DNA of 64,000 nt from NCBI RefSeq assembly GCF_009914755.1, contig NC_060925.1; one strand, given 5' to 3'. The stretch comes from the human T2T-CHM13v2.0 reference genome, Homo sapiens. This document shows positions 1 through 20,957 of the stretch, piece after piece. Position numbers and translations under genes: made by a program. Below the pieces are notes generated by a model. It searched no databases, had not been told where the DNA came from, and was given only the letters and a program-made list of their open reading frames with translations. Positions within the stretch are counted from its first letter, which is position 1. Each line of letters starts with the position of its first letter.

Positions 1-3052
<3,052 letters not shown>

Positions 3053-3270
3053 AACTCTCAAAATGCAATAATGAAAAAACAAGCCATCTAATAATAAAAT
3101 GGGCAAAAGATCCGAACAGACCCTTCACCAAAGAAAATATATGGATGGCAAATAAGCACATGAAAAGACGCCCAAATCATTAGTCATCAGGGAAATGCAA
3201 AGCAAAAACACAGTGAGATACAACCACACACCAGTTAGAATAGCTACAATAAAAAGGCTGGCTTCCCACA

Positions 3271-6150
<2,880 letters not shown>

Positions 6151-7768
6151 ATACACATAGCTTATTGTATTTCAACTATGCCTCGGTAAAGCTGTTTTTG
6201 AAAACCTCATTGAACTAGACACAAGATCTGTGCATTTTATTGTATACAACTACAAATATGTATATATACAATATACATATGTACAAATATATATATATAC
6301 TGTATATAGTATGTATACATACACACACATATATTTACATATATTCTTTTAAGGTCTCAAGAGAAATCACTTCTACTTTGACCTTGAGTGGCCCTCAGAA
6401 TCCCTGTGATAGCCACCTGGCAGTGCATCTTTGGGCTGGTCCCTTTCTTCTCTGGGAAGCAGTGTCCTCTTTTGTCAAAAGCCTGGCTGTATTCTGAGGT
6501 CATCGCCAGCTCTAACATCTGTGGTTCTGTGAACCTAAGGATGAAAAAAAGAGTCCCCTGCAAACAGTGACGGCAGACAGTTAAACCAAACCAGATTTCC
6601 AGTCCAAACCGTGGGGCCCAACCTGAGCCACTTCAAATTCCATTAATCTATCCCTGCATGTTTGCACAGCAAAAAACCTGTTGTTCTTAAAGTACTGATC
6701 TTGGAGCTGGAGCCAGGGAGGCTGGGAGCTGGCAAATACAGACACTGGCTACCTGGGTTCTCACTCCAGGCTGCTCTGCTGATGTGAGCCAAAGGAGGAG
6801 CCTGCCTGGCTGCCCTGGGTCCTGTGTCTTTCTGGAACCACCTTATTGAGTGCTGTTTGGGTGGTCGCTAAGGCACCTGCTCCTTTCTGAAAGGAATAAC
6901 CAATTAACAAGAAAGAAACAAACACTGGTTCTTCTGCCCAAGCCAGCCACCTCCTGTTTACAGGCTGTGGCCCTTTGGCCAGAGCCCCAGCTCTGCCTTC
7001 TAGGGAGAGCTGGCTGAAAATGAGTGAGAAATGACCAGGGGTATGGTGGACTCTGGATTTGGGTCCTGGGTCTGCGTCTTAAAAGCTGTGATCTTAGGCA
7101 AGCAGTTTCATCTCTCCCTGCATCTGGGGAGTGTGAATAACCAAACCAGGTACCTGGAGTGGTTGCAAGGATTACAGAAAATGAGATGCCAGAGATACAA
7201 CATACAGAACTTCCCAGTGGCGCCTGGCATGGACTGAACACTCCCTAAACCTTGACTATCAATATTCATTAAAGCCGCTGGCATGGTACCTGGCACCCTT
7301 TTCTTCTGCATGAAGCTTTACTGCTTCCAAGTGACATTTGCATTCTGGAGTTCACTTTTCCCCTCAGTAAGAATTTAAGAGGGTCTGGCGCTATGTCTTA
7401 TTCCTGGTGTTCAGAGGACAGCCTTCTTTGCAGCCCCTCCTCAGAAGGAGGAATCAAATATATGTGTTCCTCCTGCTGAAAACCTCTGCTGGCAGCCTGC
7501 AGCCTTCACAGTCAAGCGCCCTCTCTGCTGCCAGGGTCCAAGACTCTCCTGACATCCAGGAACTCCCTCAGCTGCCAGGTGCCCTCCCCACACTACACCC
7601 ACCTTGCCTTCCTGCCTGGTGGCTGAGCATCTCTTCACTCTGGACTGCCCTTTCCACGCCCCCTGCCTGGCTCATTCCTAATCACCCTTCAAGGTCCTGC
7701 TTAGGTATCACCTCTGCTAGGAAGCCTTCCCAGACCTCCCGGGACAGCATAAAACTGAACTACCATGG

Positions 7769-9700
7769 TGTATTAGCCTCTTCTCACACTGCTAATAAAC
7801 ACATACCGAGACTAGGTAATTTAACACAGAAAAACAGGTTTAATGGACTCACAGTTCCACATGGCTGGGGAAGCCTCACAATCATGGTGGAAGGCAGAGG
7901 AGGAGCAAAGGCATGTCATACAGGGCGCCAGGCAAGAGAGCTTGTGCAGGGGAACTGCCCTTGATAAAACCATCAGATCTCATTGGACGTATTCAGTACC
8001 AGGTGAACACTATGTGGGAAACCGCCCCCATGATTCAATTATCCCCACCTGGCTTGGCCCTTGACCCATGGAGATTATTACACTTCAAGGTGAGATTTAG
8101 GTAGGGACACAGCCAAACTGTGTCCAGTATTGGTGGGTTCTTGGTCTCACTGACTTCAAGAATGAAGCCGCGGACCCTCGCGGTGAGTATTACAGTTCTT
8201 AAAGGTGGTGTGTCCGCAGTTTGTTCCTTCTGATGTTCGGATGTATTTGGAGTTTCTTCCTTTTGGTGGATTCGTCATCTCCCTGGCTTAGTAGTGAAGC
8301 TGCAGACCTTCGCGGTGAGCTTACAGGTCTTAAGCCTGCATGTTTGGACTTGTTAGTTCCTCCCAATGGGTTCGTGGTCTCGCTGGCTTCAGAAGTGAAG
8401 CTGCAAACCTTCCCAGTGAGTGTTACAGCTCATAAAGGAAGTCTGGATCCAAAAAGTGAGCAGCACCAAGATTTATTGCACAAAGCAAACAAACAAAGCT
8501 TCCACCTCTGCAATGGAACCCCAGCAGGTTGCCACTGCAGGCTTGAGCAGCCTGCTTTTATTCTCTTATCTGGCCCCACCCACATCCTGCTGATTGGTCC
8601 ATTTTACAGAGAGCCGATTGGTCTGTTTTACAGAGAGCTGATTGGTCCGTTTTGACAGGGTGCTGATTGGTGTGTTTACAATCCCTGAGCTAGACACAAA
8701 AGTTCTCCACCTCCCCACTAGATTAGCTAGATACAGAGTGTGGATTGGTGCATTCACAAACCCTGAGCTAGACACAGGGTGCTGACTGGTGTGTTTACAA
8801 ACCTTGAGCTAGATACAGAGTGCTGATTGGTGTATTTACAATCCCTTAGCTAGACATAAAGGTTCTCCAAGTCCCCACCAGATTAACTAGATACAGAGTG
8901 TGGATTGGTGCATTCACAAACCCTGAGCTAGACACAGGGTGCTGATTGGTGTGTTTACAAACCTTGAGCTAGATACAGAGTGCTGATTGGTGTATTTACA
9001 ATCCCTTAGCTAGAGATAAAGATTCTCCAAGTCCCCAGCAGACTCAGGAGCCCAGCTGGCTTCACCAAGTGGATCCCGCACCGGGCCGCGGGTGGAGCTG
9101 TGTGCCAGTCCCGCGCCCTGCGCACACTCCTCAGCCCTTGGTCAGGTTGATGGGACTGGGTGCCGTGGAGCAGGGGGTGGCACTCGTACAGGAGACTCAG
9201 GCCGTGCAGGAGCCCACGGCAGGTGGCGGGGGAGACTCAGGCATGGCGGGCTGCAGGTGCGGACCCCTGCCCTGAGGTGAGGCAGCTAAGGCCCGGCGAG
9301 AAATCGAGCACAGCGCCAGTGGGCCAGCACTGCTGGGAAATCCAGTGCATCCTCCGCAGCTACTGGCCCAAGTGCTAAGCCCCTCACTGCCCCGGGCTTG
9401 TGGGCTGGCTGGCCGCTCTGAGTGCGGCCCGCCGAGCCCACGCCCACCCGGAACTTGCGCTGGCCCGCAAGCGCCACACGCAGCCCCGGTTCCTGCCCAC
9501 GCCTCTCCCTACACACCTCCCCGCAAGCCGAGGGAGCCGGCTCCAGCCTCGGCCAGCCCAGAGAAGGGCTCCCACGGTGCAGCGGCAGGCTGAAGGCTCC
9601 TCAAGCACGGCTAGAATGGGCGCGGAGGCCGAGGAGGCACCGAGAGCAAGCGAGGGCAGCGAGGGCTGCCAGCATGCTGTCACCTCTCAAAACCATATCA
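7769..9700 (-). mobile_element. THE1 (MaLR) solo LTR, interrupted near its terminus by LTR12
   Basis: TGTATTAG...CAGCCAAAC/CATATCA termini; 5-bp TSD CATGG at 7764-7768 and 9701-9705. Confidence 0.9.
8119..9689 (-). mobile_element. ERV9 solo LTR, LTR12C-like (1571 bp)
   Basis: Begins TGAGAGGTGACAGCATGCTGGC on the - strand; GC-rich U3; tandem CCAAT repeats at 8590-9030; 4-bp TSD AAAC at 8115-8118 and 9690-9693. Confidence 0.93.
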
Positions 9701-10297
9701 CATGGGAAGGGCCCAGACTTCAGAGTTGGCATTCCTGGCGCTGTCCCCCACCAGTCACACACCATCAACAAGCTGCCTTGCCTCTCTGAGAGGTTTTAGG
9801 TCCTCTAAAAATAGTACCTACCTCATAGTGTTGTGTGGATGAAAGGCAAAGCCCTTACTTACCATAGTGCTGGTTCATTGTAAGCGCTTGGCAGATGCTA
9901 GCTGTGTGCACCTAAGTACCTGGCTTTTAGTCCTTGACCAGCTACTGACATGCTGAGTGGATGTGGACAAGTCTGTCTTAGACTTGGTTTCCCTATTCTG
10001 TTAATGAAGCATCTTAAGCCCCAGAGGCCTGTGGATGGTTTGGGGGGTGGGGGGTGGGGTAAATTAATATGTAGCCCACAGTGCTGGGGCCTCTGGGCTT
10101 TTTTCCAGAAGGCGCTCCAGGCTGCCCACTAAAGAAGCCCAACTGCCACAGCAGCAGACCCTGCGGGGAGCTGGACGCTCTGCAGCCGCCTGAGCCGCCA
10201 TGGCTGACTTGGTATGAGCAAACATAGGCTCATGCTCTGATCTTGCCTGGCCTCCTGTGGCCAGTGCTCAGGACATGTCATTTGAGTGCTGAAATAA

Positions 10298-10690
<393 letters not shown>

Positions 10691-10789
10691 TAAATAGCCC
10701 TTGATCATCCCTTTTCTCTGCCCATTTGGTCCAAGCCCTTGGCTTCTTTTTACTGGGCTGTTGTAGTGAAAGGTCATGCTAGGTGAGAT

Positions 10790-11092
10790 ACCTTGGCTCA
10801 CGCCTGTAATTCCAGAGCTTTGGGAAACCAAGACAGGAGCGTCTCTTGAGGCCAAGAGTTCAAGACCAGCCTGGGCAACATAGTGAGACTCTCATCTCTA
10901 GAAAAAGAAAAAAAGAAAAAAAAGAAAAAAGAAAAAAAAAAGGCTGAGCGTGGTGGGGCACACCTGTAATCCCAACTTCTTGGGAGGCTGGGGGAGGAGG
11001 ATCATTTGAGCCCAGGAGTTTGAGGTTGCAGTGAGCTATGATCATGCCAGTGCACTCAGTCTGGGTGACAGAATAAGACTCTGTCTCTAAAA
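10790..11092 (+). mobile_element. AluJ-like
   Basis: Alu consensus with an expanded middle A-tract. Confidence 0.85.
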
Positions 11093-11828
11093 ATATATAT
11101 ACATAAATAAAGATTGTGGTAGATCCAGTTTCCAGGCTAAATTGCCCTTGATGATAGCCCACTGCCATGCTAAGCGCTCCACGATCTGTCCCCTGCTCAC
11201 CCCTTTCACCTCTTCTCCTAGCTCCTCACCCACCCTCTACTGTGGCCTCTCTGGCCTGTTGGACATTGCCTGGCTGAGCTGTACGATCACACTTCTGTGA
11301 CTTTGTTCACATGCCCCCTCAGCCTGGAATGTCCTTTTCATCCACTCTTACCTTCGGAAATTCTTCTAGCCTCCAGAGCCAGCCCAAAGTCCTCCTCGTC
11401 TGGGAAGGAAGACTCCTCTGGTTCAGGGTCAGAACTAAGGATGCCCGAGGGCTCTCTCAGCTCCTGCTTGCACTGCAGTTGGAGAGAAACTGAGTCCCTT
11501 GGGCAAGATCCCTGAGGAATCCTGTTCCAGCAACTCCACAGTTGTTCCAGGTCAGAAAGGTGATTGTCCTGGCTCTGGAAGGCCCCTCCTCAGACCCCTG
11601 AGCCCAGCATTTCCTGCATTCCCAGCCCTCCCTACATGGTGTGAGGTGCTTCCTCCAGATGACCCTAAGCTCCTCGTGTGCTAGGATCCAGGTCTCTTCT
11701 CTGGGGGCTTGGCTCCTGGCTCACAGGTTGGTCCAAAGCAGGTTTGCAGAGACTGATGAGTGAACGAACGTATGAGGCAATAAATGAACCAGAGCTCACC
11801 AGTCCCTCGGATGCCTATTTTCAGTTTT

Positions 11829-12167
11829 CTTTTTAAATTTTTTTTTAAGTTCCGGGATACATGTGCAGGTTTGTTACATAGGTATACATGTGCCATGGTG
11901 GTTTGCTGCACCCATCAACCTGTCATCTAGGATTTAAGCCCCTATTTGTCCTGATGCTCTCCCTCCCCCACCCCCTACTGCTGACAGGCCCCAGTGTGTG
12001 TTTTTCCCCTCCCTGTGTCCATGTGTTCTCATTGTTCAACTTACACTTATGAGTGAGAACATGCGGTGTTTGGTTTTCTGTTCCTGTGTTAGTTTGCTGA
12101 GGATGATGGCTTCCAGCTTCATCCATGTCCCTGCAAAGGACATGATCTCATTCCTTCTTATGGCTGC
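11829..12167 (-). mobile_element. Short L1PA 3' fragment
   Basis: L1 3'UTR with poly-T at the left; TSD about TATTTTCAGTTTT (11816-11828) and CATTTTGAGTTTT (12168-12180). Confidence 0.88.
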
Positions 12168-12212
12168 CATTTTGAGTTTTCAAAACTCAGAAAACTGATA
12201 TGTAAAACCAAT

Positions 12213-12218
12213 TTTATT
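12213..12218 (-). terminator. LDLRAD1: Probable LDLRAD1 poly(A) signal AATAAA (3'UTR about 1.7 kb)
   Basis: TTTATT on + strand, followed on the - strand by a U/GU-rich tract; its use is inferred. Confidence 0.6.
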
Positions 12219-12220
12219 AA

Positions 12221-13679
<1,459 letters not shown>

Positions 13680-13879
13680 TAATGAGCTCCTGGTCATTGG
13701 AAGCATTCAAGCAGAGGCTGAACAACTTGAAAGGAGGAGAGAAAATTCCTATTCAGAAATGATGTGTAGATCCCATTTCAAAGGCTGCTTCCTGCCCTTG
13801 TGCGCTAGGATTTGATTTTCATGTGAAGGGTTATCAGTGCCATTCCAGCCAGCCTTCCATGCTGGCCTGAGTGGCCCAC

Positions 13880-14028
13880 TCAGGGTCCGGGACAGGCATA
13901 CTCATCGGACCAGTCGGAGCAGTGCTGTACATGGTCGCGGCAGAGATGCCTCGGTATACAGTCGCAGTACTTGAAGAAGGTTGAAGGACAGCGCCACCAC
14001 CCAGGGCCGCAGGGTGGGCACACAGTTA
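13880..14028 (-). CDS. LDLRAD1: LDLRAD1 coding exon 6 (LDLa module 3, stop codon)
   Basis: TGCAG| acceptor; ...CRDHVQHCSDWSDEYACPGP-TGA; the six exons sum to 618 nt = 205 aa + stop. Confidence 0.95.
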
Positions 14029-15179
14029 CTGCAGAGACAAGAGCCAGCAGGAGAGCAGTTGCTGTGTCCTGGAACGCTCTGTGCACCAGGGCACTCCCTA
14101 GTTCTGAAACCTGCCGTAGCTCCCCATGGCCCCAACCCATCTGACGTGAGTTGAGTGTGTTCCTAGTTTTCCTGCGGCAGAGAGAATCTAGACTCCACAG
14201 CTCACAGGCTATGTGACCTCCCTCACCCTGTCTGAAACTGTTTCCTAGTGTGCTCAAGCTTGTTATCAAGCAAAGGATGTCAGGCAAAGTCCCAGGCACA
14301 CGGTAAAGACTGCAATATGAATGGGTGCCCTTCCTTACCCTGAGTCCAGCTATGCTCACCTGCCATGACTGCCTGAGGGTGCTCCTAGCCTTCTCTCCTC
14401 TGCTCAGGCCTCCGGCATTCCTCCCCACACACCCAGCCTCTACCTACTGAAACCCGTCTATTCTTGGTCTTCTTGAATGCTACCTCTTCTGAGAAATCTC
14501 CCTTGATTCCTCCAGGTCCCCAGCACCTCCTTTCGGCATCAGCATGATGTGAGTCCTGGGGGTAGGACACATGCCTGATTCCTGATGTCCCCCACCTGAA
14601 TCTGATACCAGGTGCGTTCTGAGCACCCCACCAATGCTCAGAACATGTTTGTTGATTGACCACTGGGGAAGAGATTGAGAGGAAACTCTAGGGCAGCTAC
14701 AGGACTCGGGACTTGGATCAGGAGGCCTGGGTTCACACCTGAGCTCCCTTCCTGTCACACATTGTACTAAGTTTCTCCTCTCAAAGCCTCCATTTACTTA
14801 CATACAAATTGGGGCCAGTGATTCCTGCCCTGCTTTCCTCACAGGGTCACTGGGAGGTGCAGAGATAAGGGAACCCCAGGTTCAAATCCCAGCTGGGCCA
14901 TGTATGTACTCCTTGCATGACCACCTTCTGGGACCCAGTTTTCTCATCTGTGCCTTTGAAGGTGACTTCCCCACTGCAGAAGAATGAGCCTCCAGAAAAA
15001 GTCACTTGGAGTGGTAGTGAGTACCCCATCACAGGATGTATTCAAGCAGGGGTAGAAAACTCCTTCCTAGGATGCAGGGAAGCATGCAAGGGGGAGCCCT
15101 AGAGATTCCCTGCTCACCCTTTGCCCTCTGGCTGCTGCCTGGACACCAGCCCCAGCCCAGCCTGTGCCCAGACCCCTAC

Positions 15180-15308
15180 CTGGGCTCAGTTCATCTGAAC
15201 AGTCCCCGCAGTTGTTAGTGCCATCACATTTTTGGTCTGAGTAGATCCAGGAGGCCGGGTCTCCACAGTGGGCCACAAGGAAGTGGGGGAGGCTCTGGGG
15301 CACATCTC
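15180..15308 (-). CDS. LDLRAD1: LDLRAD1 coding exon 5 (atypical LDLa module 2)
   Basis: 129 nt, TACAG| acceptor, G|GTAGGG donor; CDGTNNCGDCSDE motif. Confidence 0.94.
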
Positions 15309-17040
15309 CTGTAGAGGTACAGAGGAGGCAGGAAGAAGTCCACATCTGGCCACAGCTGTCTGAGGGTTATCGGGAGGAGGATTGACCACCCTGGCAGTGG
15401 CCAAACTCAGGATCAGTGCCCATCCAGCCCAGAAGGGTGCAAGCAGAAGGTTTCCTGGGGAGGTGGTGGAGTCAGAGGGAGAGGAGAGCTCCGTTGCTGG
15501 ACAGAGGCCCAGAGATCTGCCCCTCCCTTCCTCAGTTCCTCCCCAGCTCTGGTGTGTTCCTGCCCCACACCACTGCTGACACTATGCCCCCCTCCACAAA
15601 GAGCCTCCTTGACACCTATCCAAAACCATTCTTTCAAGTTCAGGTTCAAGTTCCATCACCTCCAGGAAGCCTCTTCCAACTGGAACATCACAGGAATAAA
15701 TGTGGAGTCTTACAGTTGGGCCCCGGATCTCAGGGGAAGATCTAGGGTTCACACACCTTGTAAGGCAGAGTCAGAGCACCTTTCTTGAAAGTGTGTTCTG
15801 TTAGGCAGCAGTGTGATAGGGCTATCAAAAATTCACACAAACTCAGGCCACATCACTAGAGGTAGAAAACCTTGGGCAGGGAGGGAGCAAGATTCTGTTC
15901 GTTAGACTGCCCAGACCCAGCTAGAAGGGCTGAGGATGTTTCTGAGGCCTGTCCAGGGACGGGGACATGGGAAGTTGATATTCATTCTGTGGAGCATTGA
16001 TGGAGTGGGGAGGGCCAGGAACTGGGTCACAAGGGGGCTGACTGTGACCTGGAGAAGGGGATGTGGCGTAGAGAAGAGAAACCTCATGGAGGGCAAGGGA
16101 GCAATCTTCAAATCCATGCAGCACCACCATCATGGCAGAAATTAAAGTGTGGTCTATCGGGGCAGGGTTGACAGAAGGACAGAGTTGGAACCAATCAGGG
16201 AGGAACCACTCTGGGAGGCAGCTCTAAGCCTGGGACAAGGAAAACCTTCCCATGGAAAAACCTTCCAATCCTTGCATCCCCTGGGATGCAAGCAGAGGCT
16301 GGGTGGCCTCGGTTGGGCTTGCTAGAGAGGGGATTGGGGATGAGCTGGGGCAAGGACTAGATGCTTTTGAGATTGCTTCTTGTCCTGAGGGTCTGTGATG
16401 CAATGACTCTCCCTCCATGAGCTCCCCCACCCCACCCACTGCACCTCTCCAGGCTCTCTCTCTCCTGTGGGGTCAGGCTCCTCTCTCCTGAGAACCTTCA
16501 GGTGTGTCTAAGGTCTGGGGCCAGGTCTTCCCATTCATTCATTCGCTCATTCATTCAGCAAGCCGTTCTGAATACCCCTCTGTGCTAGGCACTGGGGCCC
16601 CGATATCAAGCGGACTGGGCCTGCCTCAGAGGAGTTCACAGTCTGATGGGGGTGGCAGATGTGCCAATCAAGAGCGACAACCAGTGTGACAAGGGCTGGG
16701 ACACAGGGAATCACAGGGACTGTGGAAGCCCAAAGGAGACACTTTAACCTAGTGTGGGAGTCAGGGAAGGCTTCCTGGAGGAGGTAACATTTGAACTCTG
16801 CCTTGAGGGATGAATACGGGTTCTCTGGGAGTGGAGACGCACAGGGTGAAGGCATTCCTTAGTGGGGGCATGTATGTGTGTCCCTGACTGGGACCAGGTC
16901 GGGGCAGGTGTTCCTGGATGAAGGCACTGGAGCATCAAAGCCATGGGGACTTGAAGGTGCCTGATGTGTTCAGTATGGATGCCAAGAGCATCGGAGTGTG
17001 GGGGAACCCCTGGGAGGGGCAGCACCGAGCGGGTACTCAC

Positions 17041-17178
17041 GGCACAAGCTCTCATCCTCGTCCTCGCCGTGGGTACAGGTGCGAACGCCATCACAGACCC
17101 CACTGGCTGGAATGCAGCTCCTCTGGTCATGGCACAAGAAGCCTGTCCTGTTTGTCAGTGTTATACAAGCTTGGGCTC
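17041..17178 (-). CDS. LDLRAD1: LDLRAD1 coding exon 4 (LDL-receptor class A module 1)
   Basis: 138 nt, TTCAG| acceptor, C|GTGAGT donor; six-Cys LDLa pattern C..FLC...CI....CDGV.TC..GEDE...C. Confidence 0.95.
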
Positions 17179-17989
17179 CTGAATGGGCAGGGAAAGGCCC
17201 TGGAGGGTCAAGGGTGGTGCTCACAAGGACAAACCTTCCTCACCTGAACTCCGCCTAGAGCTGGCCTGAGGGGCTGGGGCAGTGGGGAGGATGGACCCAG
17301 CGCCATCAATGGGGTTCAAGCCCCAGCTGTACCCGCTGCCGGCTGCCTGATCTTGGGCAGATGACCTGACCACCCTGAGTCTCAGGTTGTTTGCAACATG
17401 GGAATCATAGCACACACCCCGTGGGACTGTTGTGGGGATTAAATGAAAGCATCTCTGTGAAGAAACATAGAACAGAAAATGTGCAGAACTAGTAATGGTT
17501 CTCTCTTGTATTGAAAACTTATTTACAGTGTCATGGGAAGCTTCTGAGGACAATGTTCAATTCAGTGAAGTGGTTTTAATGGTGGAGCTCCTGGTACCAG
17601 GTTAGAGTGTCAGAAGCAATATATTTGGGCTGGCTGGAGGGCCATATGTCATAATTCCTTCTATCTGGGCACAACTGCAAAGCACTTTCATATCTTTATT
17701 CTATAGTTCCCCAAACACCCCTGCGACACGTCATCATTAGCCCCCCATATGGGAGGAGAAAAGGAATACCCACTCCTAGGGCTGCCCCAAAGAATTAAAA
17801 GGCAGAAACCTACGGACAAGGTAGGAGGAACCCCTTGGCCCCACATGTGTATACGTGTGCATAATTGGGGATGGGAGCCAGTTTGTGCATTTGTGTTTGT
17901 GCATGCGTGAACCACCTCTCAGTCCCTGGGCTGCCTCAGCTAGTGTGTGTGGGGGAGGCGGCGGGGGGGAGCAACTCTCAGAGACACTC

Positions 17990-18180
17990 ATGTTGACACA
18001 GACACACACAGATGCACACACACATGAACACATGCTCACACACACACTGCTGCACCTATGTGCACACTCACAGATACACAGACAACAGATGTGCACACAC
18101 GCACTGACACACAGACATGAACATGCATACACAGCTGCGTACACTCATAGACACGCTAAACACACAGATGTGCACACAGG
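17990..18180. repeat. Degenerate (CA)n/(TG)n low-complexity tract
   Basis: Interrupted CA-rich repeat. Confidence 0.85.
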
Positions 18181-19133
18181 CTCTTGACTGCAGCTGCTCA
18201 TGTATTCATCCACCTCAGGGTCTGTGTTCCTGCAGGGCAGGGGGAGCGCTGCGAATCTCAGCCCCCGCCCCCACCTCAGCCCTCTATACCCACCCTGCCT
18301 GGCTGCAGAGCCATCCTTCAGAAACATCAGCCTGCCCCCAACTTGCCCCCAACTTAATCCCCTTTCTGTGGCTCCTGGACTATGACCTCCCTTCTCGGTG
18401 CAGCCTGTGAGGCCCTTGGCACTGGGCCCCACTTGTCACTCCAGCCCTTCCTGTGCACTGGCCTCTTGCAGTCTCTTCTTCTCTTCCTGCTTCCTCCCAC
18501 CCCTCAGGGCTCCACACATGCTGTTCCCTGTGCCTGGGATGCTTTTCCTGGCATCCCCCCACTACTAATACCCATTGTTCCTACCCTGACTCCTCAATGG
18601 GGCTAGACTCTCAGGGCTCCCAGGGACCCCGCTGTAATGTGTATTCACGTCTAGACGGCTCTCGGAACAGTTATTAGCTCCTTGAAGGCAGGCACTGTGT
18701 TGGGGTTGTTCACCCCTGAAGCTGGGGCTGCAGGCATGTATGGGATGTCACCCGGTCCCCTGTGGTGGAGATGGGCACACAGTTGGATAGCACCACCCCG
18801 GGGTGGCCAGGCCAGGGGAAGAGGAAGTGTAGGGACTGGGGGGCTGAGAAGAGGCTCGTAACCCATCCTGGGGGTCTAGGAAGGCATCCTGGAGGAGGTG
18901 ACATCAGAGCTGGGTCCTCTCAATAATCATGTCACAGATGTGCAAATGGAGGCTCAGAAACAGGTATAGTCAGTGTGTGTGCAGGTGTCTGTGTGTGTCT
19001 GTGCATGCACCTTAAGGAATTAGTCCAAAGTCACCTGGTGGAGAAGCCAGGCAGGTCGGGGCTCCCTCATCTCTCTGTGCCCTCCCATGCCCTCCCCGCC
19101 GGGTCTGACCCACCCTCTCTTGGCCGCCCTGAC

Positions 19134-19262
19134 CTGGGGTGCATGATGGGAGTCCAAGAATGGTGACCAAGGCGATGAGGGCCGCCACAGTTGCCAGGAG
19201 GAGCAGCAGAGAGGCAGAGAGGCAGGCCCCGCGACGTGAGCAGCAGAGGTGGCCGCCGCCTG
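19134..19262 (-). CDS. LDLRAD1: LDLRAD1 coding exon 3 (transmembrane/signal-anchor helix)
   Basis: 129 nt, ACAG| acceptor, G|GTCAGG donor; encodes AGGGHLCCSRRGACLSASLLLLLATVAALIALVTILGLPSCTP (within ORF 19012..19533). Confidence 0.93.
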
Positions 19263-20015
19263 CTGTGTGGGGGGGAAACAAGCCCGGGGGTGGTGGTGAT
19301 AGGGGGCCAGCGCTAGGAACAGGGAGCTCCCTCTCCGCCCTGCCCGCTGCAAGCAGCCTCTCCCCCACGAGGGTGAGCAGAGCAGGGATGGCTTCCCTGG
19401 AGGAGCAGCTCCCAAGCCCTCCTTGATGCTCTTTGTTCTGCCTGTGGGCCCACCCCACTAGGTGCCACCCTGGCCAGGGGCCCACAGCTGGCTGAATGGC
19501 AGAGGCGGACAGCCCTCCCCTCCCACCCGCCATCAGGAGACTTCCTCAGGACGCAGGGAGAGATGGACGCCTGCATGTCCAGCCCCCACCTTGGGGCAGA
19601 AGCTCCATTAGGCCCTTCATAACCGTGCTTTATTTTTCAAAACAACCTTTTATTTTATCAATGAGGAAACTAGGGCTCAGGAAGAAAAGATTCATGTCAC
19701 CCTGGGTGGAGCTGGCGTGTGAATCCACACCTGTTTGATGCCAAAACCCGTGCCCTTTCCACGATCCCAATTGACTGTCCATTCTGGAGTCTGCTGGGAT
19801 GCAGGTTGGAATCCCAGCTCTACCGCATCCTACCTGGGCCACACTGAGTAAGCCACTTCACTTCCCTGTGCCTCAGTTTCCTCATGTGGAAAATGGGTAC
19901 CATAATAGCTACCTTAGACTTTGTTGAGAGGATTAGAATTTGTTGAGTTAATGTGCACAGAGTAAGTGTTGAGTATGAGCTATTATTATTGCTTTTTTTA
20001 ATTATTATTTTTTAT

Positions 20016-20957
<942 letters not shown>

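Noticed and set aside
8221-9799. Multiple ORFs and a CpG-rich stretch suggesting a gene or CpG-island promoter
   Set aside because: Essentially all within the LTR12 element; GC richness explains the open frames
10040-10060. G-run cluster as a G-quadruplex
   Set aside because: Short, common motif with no supporting context
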